A DNA stretch of 64,000 bases. Source: Actinomycetota bacterium (GTDB lineage Bacteria; Actinomycetota; Acidimicrobiia; Acidimicrobiales; JACCXE01). Positions 1 to 8,803 of this stretch are shown here, one piece after another. The notes beneath the pieces were generated by a model. It did not search any database. It had not been told where the DNA came from and saw nothing but the letters and a program-made list of their open reading frames with translations. The position numbers were made by a program, and so were the translations under genes. Position 1 is the stretch's first letter. Every line of letters begins with the position of its first letter. Location of the stretch: contig JBEHXL010000009.1 in NCBI GenBank assembly GCA_048498715.1, positions 68,017-132,016 of the forward strand, in the 5' to 3' direction.

Positions 1-777
1 CTACTCGCCCAACTCGACGGCCTGATCGGCCTCAAGGACGTGAAGGACCAAGTCCACCGTCAGACCGCGCTGTTACACATGAACAAGCTGCGCAACGAGA
101 AGGGCCTCAAAACCGCAACGGTCAGCCGCCATCTGGTGTTCGTCGGTAACCCCGGCACCGGTAAGACCACCGTTGCCCGGCTCGTCGCCGGCATCTACAG
201 GGCGCTTGGCCTTCTCGCCAACGACAAGATCGTGGAGACCGATCGCGCCGGGCTCGTCGCCGGCTATGTCGGCCAGACCGCGACCAAGACTGCTGCGGTC
301 GTTCAGTCGGCCCTCGGCGGACTGCTGTTCATCGACGAGGCGTACTCACTCGCCACCGACGACTTCGGCGAAGAGTGCATTTCCACGCTCGTGAAGGCGA
401 TGGAGGACCATCGCGACGAACTCGTCGTGATCGTCGCCGGCTACCCCGACGAGATGGGCGAGTTCATTGCGACGAACCCCGGATTGAAGAGCCGCTTCGG
501 CACGACGATCACGTTCCCCGACTACACCGACGACGAACTCGTCGCGATCTTCAAACAGGCCGCAACGTCATCGGACTTCAAGCCGACCGACGGCTGCATC
601 GAACGCCTGCGCGCAATCCTCGTTGCCACGCCCCGCGACAAGGGCTTCGGCAACGGTCGCATGGTCCGCAACCTCTTCGAGCAGGCCGTGAGTCACCAAG
701 CCTGGCGGCTCCGCGACGAGACCGACATCACCGAAGCCGACATGCGCCAACTCCGCGCGTCTGACCTCCCGGACTAA
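1..777 (+). CDS. AAA+ ATPase of the CbxX/SpoVK/EccA-like type, 5' end cut by the window edge
   Basis: Frame 1 is open from base 1 (LLAQLDGLIGLKDV...). Walker A GNPGTGKT and Walker B LLFIDEAY are present. Stop TAA at 775-777. Confidence 0.85.
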   Translation, partial: LLAQLDGLIGLKDVKDQVHRQTALLHMNKLRNEKGLKTATVSRHLVFVGNPGTGKTTVARLVAGIYRALGLLANDKIVETDRAGLVAGYVGQTATKTAAVVQSALGGLLFIDEAYSLATDDFGEECISTLVKAMEDHRDELVVIVAGYPDEMGEFIATNPGLKSRFGTTITFPDYTDDELVAIFKQAATSSDFKPTDGCIERLRAILVATPRDKGFGNGRMVRNLFEQAVSHQAWRLRDETDITEADMRQLRASDLPD

Positions 778-1031
778 CGCAGCGACAGGTAGGTCCGGCG
801 GGCCAGCCAGAGCCAGCACAGGATCGCGAAGCCGGAGAACAGCGCCGGGATGACGTGATGCAGCAGCGTTGACGCCGCGGTCGCGCAGGCAAAGGCGAGC
901 AGGTTCGCGACGACGTCGTAGACGGGTGCGACGAACTTCCGGTTCAGGACATGTGCGACGGCGATGACGACGCCGCACGCGAACGTGACGGAAAGAAGGA
1001 AGCTGACCACGATGCGATTCTGGTGACGCAT
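774..1031 (-). CDS. small hydrophobic membrane protein (85 aa), unknown function
   Basis: ORF with about 3 hydrophobic helices. It converges on the AAA gene with a 4-nt stop overlap. No recognisable family. Confidence 0.45.
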   Translation of the reverse strand: MRHQNRIVVSFLLSVTFACGVVIAVAHVLNRKFVAPVYDVVANLLAFACATAASTLLHHVIPALFSGFAILCWLWLARRTYLSLR

Positions 1032-1069
1032 TTCCGGTCGCCAGCGCGACCAGACATCACCAAAACTTG

Positions 1070-2245
1070 TTAGGAGGCCGGCGGCTGCTTGGGGTGCGGC
1101 ATGCAGAGCTCGTCGTACTCGGCGATGACGATCTCGCCGGCGTTCTCACCACAGGCCGGGCACTCGGGATCGCGGCGCAGCTTGAAGTTCCGGAACGACT
1201 CCTCGAGCGCGTCGTAGGCCATGAGTCGGCCGACGAGCGGGTCACCCAAGTCGAGGATCAGCTTGATGGCCTCCATCGCCTGCAGCGAGCCGATGATGCC
1301 CGGCAGCACGCCGAGCACGCCGGCTTCGGCGCACGACGGCGCCTGATCGGCGGGCGGTGGCTCGGGCAGCATGCACCGGTAGCAAGGGCCCTCGTACGGC
1401 TTGAAGACCGAGACCTGACCTTCGAAGCGGAAGATGGCGCCGTAGACGACGGGGATCTTCTTCAGCAGCGAAGCGTCGTTGACGAGATAGCGCGTCGGGA
1501 AGTTGTCGGTGCCGTCGACGATGACGTCGTAGCCGTCGATGATGTCGAGCACGTTGTCCGCGCCGAGACGGGTGTCGTAGGTGACGACGTTCACGTCGGG
1601 GTTGAGTAGCGACAGCGTCTTCTTCGCCGAGTCGACCTTGCGATCACCGATCCGATCCATGTTGTGCAGGATCTGGCGCTGCAGGTTCGAGGTGTCGACC
1701 ACGTCCATGTCGATGATGCCGAGCGTGCCCACGCCGGCCGCGCCCAGGTAGAGCGCGGCAGGCGAGCCGAGGCCGCCCGCGCCGAGCAGGAGCACCTTGG
1801 AGTCGAGCAGTTTCTGCTGTCCCTTTTCGGAGACCTCAGGCAGCAACAGGTGACGCTGATAGCGGTTGCGCTGTTCGGGCGTGAGGGACTGCGGAACCTT
1901 CCACTCGCGGCCCTCGTCCTTCCACTTGTTGAACCCACCCGCGAGCGAAACGACGTTTGTGTAGCCGAGTTCGCCGAGGGTCTTGGCTGCGTAGGCCGAG
2001 CGCACACCCGAGGCGCAGCCGACCACGATTTCCTGGTCACGGTTGGGCACCTGGCCCTCGATGTTGGTTTCGAGGCGACCACGCGGGATGTGCAGCGACC
2101 CGACGATCGCGCCCTGCTCGTACTCGTCGGGCTCGCGCACGTCGAGGTACAGCGCACCCTGCGCCAGACGCTCTTCGGCGGCGTTGCCGTCGATCTCGGT
2201 GATGACCGCTTTGGTGGCGGCTAGAAGCTCACGTGCCGATGCCAT
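1070..2245 (-). CDS. rhodanese + ThiF/MoeB-fold adenylyltransferase/sulfurtransferase (MoeZ-like, rhodanese N-terminal)
   Basis: Start taken at ATG 2245 (MASARELL); the upstream part of the 452-aa ORF is Arg-rich and non-coding-like. Rhodanese active-site loop CASGVRS. ThiF Gly-rich loop LLLGAGGLGSP. Zn motifs CYRC and CPAC. Confidence 0.85.
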   Translation of the reverse strand: MASARELLAATKAVITEIDGNAAEERLAQGALYLDVREPDEYEQGAIVGSLHIPRGRLETNIEGQVPNRDQEIVVGCASGVRSAYAAKTLGELGYTNVVSLAGGFNKWKDEGREWKVPQSLTPEQRNRYQRHLLLPEVSEKGQQKLLDSKVLLLGAGGLGSPAALYLGAAGVGTLGIIDMDVVDTSNLQRQILHNMDRIGDRKVDSAKKTLSLLNPDVNVVTYDTRLGADNVLDIIDGYDVIVDGTDNFPTRYLVNDASLLKKIPVVYGAIFRFEGQVSVFKPYEGPCYRCMLPEPPPADQAPSCAEAGVLGVLPGIIGSLQAMEAIKLILDLGDPLVGRLMAYDALEESFRNFKLRRDPECPACGENAGEIVIAEYDELCMPHPKQPPAS

Positions 2246-2283
2246 AGGGCTGTAAACCCTACTAGATCGGTCAACATTCCCCG

Positions 2284-2721
2284 CTAGTCCGTATTGACGA
2301 TGAGCACCGAGCAATTCGCGTTGTGGGCGACGGAGTTCGGCACCGAACCGAGTATGCGACGGGCACCGCTCATGCCCTTCGAGCCCACCACGATCAGGTC
2401 GGCATCGATGTTCGACGCGACGTCGCACAGCGCGTCAGCGGCGGGCGACCCGATCTGGTGCTGCCTCACCTCGAGACCGGCGCTCACTGCCTCGGCCGTG
2501 CGGTTGGTCACCTCGCGCGCCCCCTCGGCGGGGTCGACGTTGTCAAGCGCACTCGCCGACAGCATGGCGAACTCGGGATGCGTCATCAGCGACGACATCG
2601 GCCGATACGCCGTGACGATGTGGAGTTCCGCCTGGTTCTGACGGGCCAGTTCGGCGGCGGCCCGCACTGCGGTCAAAGCGGACGGGGATCCATCGGTTCC
2701 AACGACGATGCGCTTGTACAT
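2284..2721 (-). CDS. universal stress protein (UspA family)
   Basis: MYKRIVVGTDGS...LIVVGSKGMSGARRILGSVPNSVAHNANCSVLIV is a typical USP. ATG at 2721 (alternative ATG at 2733). The rest of the 338-aa ORF is a shadow frame. Confidence 0.8.
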   Translation of the reverse strand: MYKRIVVGTDGSPSALTAVRAAAELARQNQAELHIVTAYRPMSSLMTHPEFAMLSASALDNVDPAEGAREVTNRTAEAVSAGLEVRQHQIGSPAADALCDVASNIDADLIVVGSKGMSGARRILGSVPNSVAHNANCSVLIVNTD

Positions 2722-2757
2722 GCGACGCACCATATGCCCGGTGTGCCGTGTTCGTCT

Positions 2758-3381
2758 GTGGCACCCGTCACGCGTACGTTGAGCGACGTGGAGTTCGACG
2801 ACGTCATCCGGAAGCGCCGCATGCAGCGCGACTTCACGACCGAACCCGTCGCCGATGACGCCCTGCAACGGATCCTGCACGCGGCCACGCGGGCGCCGTC
2901 CGCGGGGTTCACACAGGGCTGGGGCTTCCTCACCTTGGTGGGCCCCGAGGACACCACAAAGTTTTGGGACGCGACCTTCCCGGATGGGCACGACGAGTTC
3001 CAATGGCCGGGGCTGTTCAACGCGCCGGTGATCGTCGTGCCCTGCTCGAACGAGTCCGCCTACATCGACCGGTACGCCGAGCCGGACAAGGGCTGGACCG
3101 ACCGCGACCCAAACCGCTGGCCAGTCCCCTTCTGGCACATCGACACCGGCTTCGCCGCAATGCAGCTGCAGCTCGCGGCAATCAACGAAGGCCTCGGTTG
3201 CCTGTTCTTCGGCATCTTCACGAACCGCGTGCGGCGAGTGCGCGAGGCGTTCGGCATCCCGGAAGAGTTCATGCCGATCGGCGCGATCGCCATCGGCCAC
3301 CCGACGGGCAACGACGAACGGTCCGGTTCGTTAGCGCGCGGCTGGAAGTCCGACGTCGTGCACTTCAGTCGTTGGAGCTGA
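2758..3381 (+). CDS. nitroreductase family protein
   Basis: The C-terminal 207 aa of the 352-aa ORF looks nitroreductase-like (IRKRRMQRDF, TRAPSAGFTQGW). The start is ambiguous: GTG 2758, ATG 2734, TTG 2779 or GTG 2788. Confidence 0.7.
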   Translation: MAPVTRTLSDVEFDDVIRKRRMQRDFTTEPVADDALQRILHAATRAPSAGFTQGWGFLTLVGPEDTTKFWDATFPDGHDEFQWPGLFNAPVIVVPCSNESAYIDRYAEPDKGWTDRDPNRWPVPFWHIDTGFAAMQLQLAAINEGLGCLFFGIFTNRVRRVREAFGIPEEFMPIGAIAIGHPTGNDERSGSLARGWKSDVVHFSRWS

Positions 3382-4120
3382 CGAAGGCCGGCACCACGTC
3401 GCCGATCGGTTCACGCAAGACGACCTGCGCGATTTCGTCGTAGTCCGTCGGCTGGTTGTTCACGATGACGAGCGTGGCACCGTTGCGGACCGCGAGCGGC
3501 ACGAGGCCGGCCGCCGGATAGACGCCGAGGGTCGAGCCTATGACGATCAGCAGTGGCGTCGACGCGCACACCATCGCGGCCTTGTCGATCACGTCGCCGT
3601 CGAGTTGCTGACCGAAGCTGATGGTCGCCGACTTCAGGATGCCGCCGCACACAAGGCACGGGGGTTCTTCCTCGCCGGCTCGCACGCGATCGAGCGTCTC
3701 CTCCATCGGGCGACGGTCACCGCAGTTCATGCACCGCGTCTCGTGCACCGTTCCGTGCAACTCCAGCACGAGATCGGGCGGCGAACCGGCCTTCTGATGT
3801 AGTCCGTCGATGTTCTGCGTGACGACCCAGGACACCGAACCGATCCGTTGCAGGTCGGCGACGGCCCGGTGGGCGTCGTTCGGCTCCTTCGTGAAGAAAT
3901 CCGAGCTGAGCCGGTTCTGCCACGAGGCGCGCCGCACCTCGGGGTCGGACATGAAGTAGTCGATGTGCGACGCCTTCTCGGCGGCAGGGTTCTTCGTCCA
4001 CACGCCGTTGGGACCGCGGAAGTCAGGGATGCCCGAATCCGTCGAGATGCCGGCACCCGTGAGTACGACCGCGTTGTCGGTCATCCGCAACCAGTCACGG
4101 ATCTGTTCGACGCCAGCCAT
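3365..4120 (-). CDS. cobB: NAD-dependent protein deacylase, sirtuin (Sir2/CobB family)
   Basis: GAGISTDSGIPDFRG, QNIDGLH, Zn ribbon CMNCG...CLVCGG. ATG at 4118-4120. 251 aa. Confidence 0.85.
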   Translation of the reverse strand: MAGVEQIRDWLRMTDNAVVLTGAGISTDSGIPDFRGPNGVWTKNPAAEKASHIDYFMSDPEVRRASWQNRLSSDFFTKEPNDAHRAVADLQRIGSVSWVVTQNIDGLHQKAGSPPDLVLELHGTVHETRCMNCGDRRPMEETLDRVRAGEEEPPCLVCGGILKSATISFGQQLDGDVIDKAAMVCASTPLLIVIGSTLGVYPAAGLVPLAVRNGATLVIVNNQPTDYDEIAQVVLREPIGDVVPAFVSSND

Positions 4121-4130
4121 GACGACGAGC

Positions 4131-6017
4131 CTAGGGAACGGTGATGACCGCCGAAGTCGTGTCGCTGTTGTCGCCGTAGTCGTAGACGGTGAGGTCGAGG
4201 TGCAGCTTCGTGCCCGACGCAACCGGCTCGAGTTCGTAGTCGAGCGAATCGAGATCGGCCCAGAGGCCGACGTCGGTCGTCGGCTGCCACACCTCGTCGC
4301 CGTTGGCATCGATCTCGAGCACCTCGGGGACGATGATCCCGTCGTCGGCGGGCTCGAGTTCGCCGTACCCGCCGGTTCGTTCGTCGTACAGGTAGTACGT
4401 CGCGTCGATGACGTCGCCGCTTTCGGCGTCGAGGGTGAGCGACAACAACACGTCGTCAGCCTCCTCGTCGTCGCTGTTCTCGTAGTACGCCATCGGTACG
4501 TCGGCGCTGTAGACGGAGTCGTCCTCACCCCGGTTGAGCGTGAGGTAGGCGTACGCGCTGTCCTCGCCATCGGTGAGCTTCAGCGAGGTGAGGTCGTAGA
4601 AGCCCGACGCCTCCGGCTTGCCGTCCTCGTCGAGGTCGGCGAACTCCTCGCCGAAGTAGGTGAGGCTGCCGTCGTCGTTGATGAGCGCGTAGCTGATCGT
4701 CGCATCGGTGAGGTTGTCGGTTGCGGCCTCGTCGAAGGTGCCACTGAGGAAGACGCCGTCCTCGTCGAACTCGACGGTGGCGTTCGGATCGGCGAAGTCG
4801 GGGTGTTCCTCCTCGGGGATCGCGTCACCGGCGTTGTAGTACTTCACGAGGAAGTCGCGCCACGACGTCGCCGAGTCGACGTCGCCGTACTCGTCCGCGC
4901 CGAGCTCACGCGTCGGCGGGAAGTAGACGGACAGGCCGGTCGCGCCCTTGGTCGACGACCCGGCGACCTGCTTCACGACGAGGTTGCCGATCGCAGCGCG
5001 CAGCGCGGTGGCTTCCTTCGACACGCCCTTCGCCTCGGCACCGATCGCTTTCGCCAACTGGCCGAGGTCGCGCAGGTGGCCGTCCTCGGTTTCGTCAGGG
5101 CTGCGGGCAAAGCCGAGCGTTGTCGCCTCGGCGCGGCCGACGGCGGGCGCAACGTTCGACGGGCTTTTCGACAACGCGGCCGAGAAGTCGTCCATGGCGT
5201 CGTCGACCTTGCCCATCTTCGTGAGATCAAGCAGGGCCAGGGTGATGTCGGAGGAAGTTTCCTCCTCCTTGGCCTGGCGCATGAAGCCGTTGACGATCGC
5301 GGTACCGAACTCGTCGACGGTCGCGTCGCCGTCGTCTTTCAACCTCTGCAGAGCGCTGTAGTCCCAGCCGTGGCCCGGTTCGAGCTCCTGCGAGGCGACC
5401 ATGCGATCCGCCAAGGGAGCCACCTCCGATGCGACCTCGTAGTTGGCCATGAGGCACGCGTCGAAGCCGAGTAGATCAAACTTGTCGACGTCGGCCGCCT
5501 CGAGGCCGTCGCCGATGCCCTTGGTGAGCTCCTTGAGGTCGAGGACGTCGTAATCCGAGGTCTCGTCAGGACCGATGCCGGGCCAAGACGCGCCGTGATC
5601 GCTGATGATCAAGGCGTAATGCGCGGCCGGATGAGCCTCGATTCCCTCGGAGATGAACTTCGCCAGTGTCGAGGACTGAGCCATGTCCACATCGCCCGGG
5701 GTCGATACGACCTTGCCGGTGTTCTCGCCGACGTCGATGATCTTGGCTCCCACCCAGTCGCCGAGGCCGAGCGCGTTGGCCTTCGAATATTCGGGCGACC
5801 GGTCGAACATCGCCCGCAACTGCAGGCCGCCTCCGGAGCCGACCGACCCCATCTCGTTCAGGTCAGCGACCATGAAGCTCTCGAGGTCGGTGTCGGCCAT
5901 CGAATAGTGCAGGACGGTCCAGCCGTCGCCGTCGCCTCCTGCCTCATCACCGCCCGAGTCCGAACAACCGGCAAGGACCGCCGTAAGGGCAAGTGCCAGA
6001 GCTACTCGTCGCTTCAT
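4131..6017 (-). CDS. clostripain-like (peptidase C11) lipoprotein with an acidic C-terminal region
   Basis: Lipobox LAGC after MKRRVALALALTAV. His/Cys dyad context ISDHGASW and GFDACLMA. ATG at 6015-6017. Confidence 0.7.
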   Translation of the reverse strand: MKRRVALALALTAVLAGCSDSGGDEAGGDGDGWTVLHYSMADTDLESFMVADLNEMGSVGSGGGLQLRAMFDRSPEYSKANALGLGDWVGAKIIDVGENTGKVVSTPGDVDMAQSSTLAKFISEGIEAHPAAHYALIISDHGASWPGIGPDETSDYDVLDLKELTKGIGDGLEAADVDKFDLLGFDACLMANYEVASEVAPLADRMVASQELEPGHGWDYSALQRLKDDGDATVDEFGTAIVNGFMRQAKEEETSSDITLALLDLTKMGKVDDAMDDFSAALSKSPSNVAPAVGRAEATTLGFARSPDETEDGHLRDLGQLAKAIGAEAKGVSKEATALRAAIGNLVVKQVAGSSTKGATGLSVYFPPTRELGADEYGDVDSATSWRDFLVKYYNAGDAIPEEEHPDFADPNATVEFDEDGVFLSGTFDEAATDNLTDATISYALINDDGSLTYFGEEFADLDEDGKPEASGFYDLTSLKLTDGEDSAYAYLTLNRGEDDSVYSADVPMAYYENSDDEEADDVLLSLTLDAESGDVIDATYYLYDERTGGYGELEPADDGIIVPEVLEIDANGDEVWQPTTDVGLWADLDSLDYELEPVASGTKLHLDLTVYDYGDNSDTTSAVITVP

Positions 6018-6051
6018 GCCAGCGGAACGTACTCGCCTACCCTTCGCGGCC

Positions 6052-6642
6052 ATGTCACTCCTGGATCAACAAGTTCTTCTCGTCAATCAGAAGGCCAAGC
6101 TCATCGAGCTGACCAACGAGTACAAGGTTTCGGACGGCGACGGAAACGCGATTGGTTCCGTCATCGAAGTCGGCCAGAGCAAGGCCAAGAAGCTGCTCCG
6201 CTTCGTTTCGAACGTCGATCAGTTCCTGACCCACAAGCTCGAAGTGCGCAATGCCGACGAGTCGGTGGTGCTTCGCCTCACTCGCCCGGCCAAGCTCCTC
6301 AAGAGCACGGTCGTCGTCGAAGACGCCGCGGGCAAGGAGATCGGCAAGATCCGTCAGGAGAACGTGATCGGCAAGATCAACTTCTCCTTCGAAATCGGCG
6401 AGCGCAAAGTGGGTGCGATCCAGGCCGAGAACTGGCGGGCCTGGAACTTCGCCATCGTCGACGACAAGGGCACCGAGATCGCGCGCGTCACGAAGAAGTG
6501 GGAAGGCATCGTGAAGGCGGCCTTCACCACGGCCGACAACTACCTGGTGCAGATCCACAAGCCGCTCGAAGATCCGCTTCGCTCGCTGGTCGTCGCCGCA
6601 GCCCTCTGCATCGACACCGCCCTCAAGCAGGACGACAAGTAA
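6052..6642 (+). CDS. phospholipid scramblase family protein
   Basis: The C-terminal KKWEGIVKAAFTTADNYLVQI...AAALCIDTALKQ closely resembles the PLSCR signature (KHWTGILREAFTDADNFGIQF...GACFLIDFMF). Start at MSLLDQQ. Confidence 0.8.
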   Translation: MSLLDQQVLLVNQKAKLIELTNEYKVSDGDGNAIGSVIEVGQSKAKKLLRFVSNVDQFLTHKLEVRNADESVVLRLTRPAKLLKSTVVVEDAAGKEIGKIRQENVIGKINFSFEIGERKVGAIQAENWRAWNFAIVDDKGTEIARVTKKWEGIVKAAFTTADNYLVQIHKPLEDPLRSLVVAAALCIDTALKQDDK

Positions 6643-6647
6643 ACACC

Positions 6648-6684
6648 CTGGCACCCCGGCCACCCTCGGTGTCCGGGGTGCCAG
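6648..6684 (+). terminator. GC-rich hairpin after the scramblase gene
   Basis: ctggcaccccgg (6648-6659) pairs perfectly with ccggggtgccag (6673-6684). The loop has an inner cacc/ggtg pairing. No U-tract follows. Confidence 0.4.
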
Positions 6685-6748
6685 CCACACCTCGTAAACG
6701 CCTGCCAGCGTCCTAGGAACCACGCCTCCGTCGTCCTACGTTGCAGGC

Positions 6749-8143
6749 ATGCGGGTGGGAAAGCTGTCGCGAGCGTTCGTATTGGCCAATCTCGTCGTCG
6801 CGGGGCTGACCGCGTGCGGCGGCAGTTCCGGTGGCACCCGGCAGGTGCTGGTCGACTACAGCCCGGACGAGGTCGCCACGTTCGTCCCGGCCGATTTCCC
6901 CGAAAAGGTCGTCGTGCGCCCCGGACAGACGATTCTGTTCAAGCAGACCTGGACCGGCGAACCGCACACCGTCACAGGCGGAACGTCGATTTCTGCGTCG
7001 TTGCGCGCCACGACCGACTGGCTTGCCTTCTTCAACGGTTACGACGAGCTGCACAGCTCGAATCCCACGATGATCGATCCGGACGACGCCGGTGACGCGA
7101 CCTGGCCGCAGCTCGTCGACGAACTGCGCCGCGCCCGGCCCGCAGCTGACGCGAACGCGACGCTGGCGGCGTACGCGCGTCTCGTCGTCGAGCACCCCAC
7201 CCTCCCGCCGATGACGAGCCCGCCCGATGTCCTGGTACGCGACGTCGTCCAGACGATCGAAAACACGTCGAATGAAGCCTTCGAAGGCGTGCCGTTCGCG
7301 TCGACGGACTTCAACGGCTTCAAGGAGAGCGTCGCTCGGCCGTGCTTCCTGAACAAGGGCGGACCGCCGGCCGACGACAACACGGCGTGCACGAAAGAGC
7401 AGCAGCGCCAACCCGCGTTCAACGGACGCCAGAGCTTCTACAACAGCGGCGTCCTCAAGTTCGAGGGTGCGCGCGGCAACGACTTCCCGGTCCGGATCGC
7501 GAAGGACGCGACACCGGGTACCTACTTCTTCTATTGCGCCATCCACGGCGCGGGCCAGTCGATGCGGGTGCAGATCGCCAAGCCGAACGCCAGCGTTCCG
7601 TCCGCGAGCGATGTGCGTCACGCCGCGCGCCGCGAGGCCGAGGCTTCCGTGAAGCCGTTGGTGCGGTTGTGGGAGCAGGCGCGTAAGACGAACCACATCC
7701 GATTCCAGGGCCAGACCCTCGACGGCCCCTTCGCCGGCATCGAGAACAACGCACGCGTGTCCGTCCTCGAGTTCGTCCCCCGTCGGTTGGAGACGAAGGT
7801 GAACGAACCGATCACCTGGACGGTCATGGGCCGTCACACAATCTCGTTCGACGTGCCGCCATACGCCCCGATCATCCAGTTCCGAACGAAGGACATCCGC
7901 TACAACCCGGTCGTGATGGATCGCGCCGGAGGGGCGCCCGCGCCGCCCGCAGAGAACGAAGAAGGCGACGTGCCCGATTACGACGCAGGCACGTACGACG
8001 GCACGGGCTTCTGGTCGACCGGCCTGGTCGGATCCAGCTCGTCCATGAAGCTGACGCTGCGCATCAGCAAGCCCGGCACCTACCCCTACGCCTGCCTGGT
8101 GCACCCGAAGATGATCGGTCAGATCGTGGTGTCGCCCTCCTAG
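6749..8143 (+). CDS. lipoprotein with two cupredoxin-like (type-1 copper) modules
   Basis: Lipobox LTAC. Ligand sets EPHTVT...YCAIHGAGQSM and GRHTISF...YACLVHPKMIG (His...Cys-x2-His-xn-Met). Confidence 0.7.
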   Translation: MRVGKLSRAFVLANLVVAGLTACGGSSGGTRQVLVDYSPDEVATFVPADFPEKVVVRPGQTILFKQTWTGEPHTVTGGTSISASLRATTDWLAFFNGYDELHSSNPTMIDPDDAGDATWPQLVDELRRARPAADANATLAAYARLVVEHPTLPPMTSPPDVLVRDVVQTIENTSNEAFEGVPFASTDFNGFKESVARPCFLNKGGPPADDNTACTKEQQRQPAFNGRQSFYNSGVLKFEGARGNDFPVRIAKDATPGTYFFYCAIHGAGQSMRVQIAKPNASVPSASDVRHAARREAEASVKPLVRLWEQARKTNHIRFQGQTLDGPFAGIENNARVSVLEFVPRRLETKVNEPITWTVMGRHTISFDVPPYAPIIQFRTKDIRYNPVVMDRAGGAPAPPAENEEGDVPDYDAGTYDGTGFWSTGLVGSSSSMKLTLRISKPGTYPYACLVHPKMIGQIVVSPS

Positions 8144-8197
8144 CTCGGCGCGAACGCGCCATGGAACCGCGCCGGAAACACAACGAGAGTCGAAGGC

Positions 8198-8803
8198 ATG
8201 ACCCTCGCACCTGCACCTTCCATTCCCGCGACCGGAACCATGCGCGTCACGCCGTGGCCCGATCCGATCATCGACTCACTCGGCCTCGACCCACGATCGC
8301 ACTACGTCGAGCGGTACTGGCTCGGCACGCTGGGGCCCTCGACGACGTGGCTGCTCCGTCGACTGGCCGCCGGTCTCGAACACGAACCGCAAGGGTTCGA
8401 CCTCGACCTGGCCGCGTGTGCTCGCGAACTCGGCCTGGGCGACAAGGGCGGACGGCACTCACCCTTCGCCCGGTCGTTGGCGCGCCTCGCGCAGTTCGAG
8501 ATTGCGCGGTGGCAGCCGTCGATCACCACACTCGAGGTTCGTCGGCGAGTGCCGCCGCTGAACCGGCGCCAGGTCATGTACCTGCCGGACGTGTTGCGAG
8601 CCCAGCATGACGACTGGCAGCGCGCCCAACTCGGTGGGGCAACCGCGGAAGTCGTGCGGCGACGATGCCACCAGCTGGCGTCGGTGCTGTTGCAGACCGG
8701 CGAGGAACGCGAAAGCGCCGAGCGGTTACTCCATCAATGGGGTTACCACCCGGCGCTTGCGTACGAGTCGGTGACCGCGGCCGCCGACGAGCTGGTCGGT
8801 TAG
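8198..8803 (+). CDS. hypothetical protein
   Basis: A 201-aa ORF with coding-like composition. No family recognised. Alternative start at ATG 8240. Confidence 0.5.
   Translation: MTLAPAPSIPATGTMRVTPWPDPIIDSLGLDPRSHYVERYWLGTLGPSTTWLLRRLAAGLEHEPQGFDLDLAACARELGLGDKGGRHSPFARSLARLAQFEIARWQPSITTLEVRRRVPPLNRRQVMYLPDVLRAQHDDWQRAQLGGATAEVVRRRCHQLASVLLQTGEERESAERLLHQWGYHPALAYESVTAAADELVG

Noticed and set aside
1-777. The AAA+ ATPase considered as EccA of a type VII secretion locus
   Set aside because: Only the ATPase module is visible, and no ESX/WXG/EccB-E genes follow it. The CbxX/SpoVK-type assignment is all the sequence supports.
3365-4120. The Sir2-domain gene next to a protease, considered as an NAD-depleting defence effector (Thoeris/DSR-like)
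   Set aside because: It is a compact 251-aa canonical sirtuin with the deacylase Zn ribbon and catalytic motifs. It has no fused sensor, TIR, HerA or Argonaute partner. A housekeeping CobB is the simplest reading.
3963-5474. A 503-aa plus-strand ORF
   Set aside because: It is antisense to the clostripain-like gene. Its Val/Arg/Gly/Asp-rich low-complexity composition is typical of shadow ORFs in high-GC DNA, and it has no family motifs.
8144-8197. The small palindrome ggcgcgaacgcgcc after the cupredoxin gene, considered as a terminator
   Set aside because: It has a 6-bp stem with a 2-nt loop, which is sterically implausible as an RNA hairpin. It is too weak to call.
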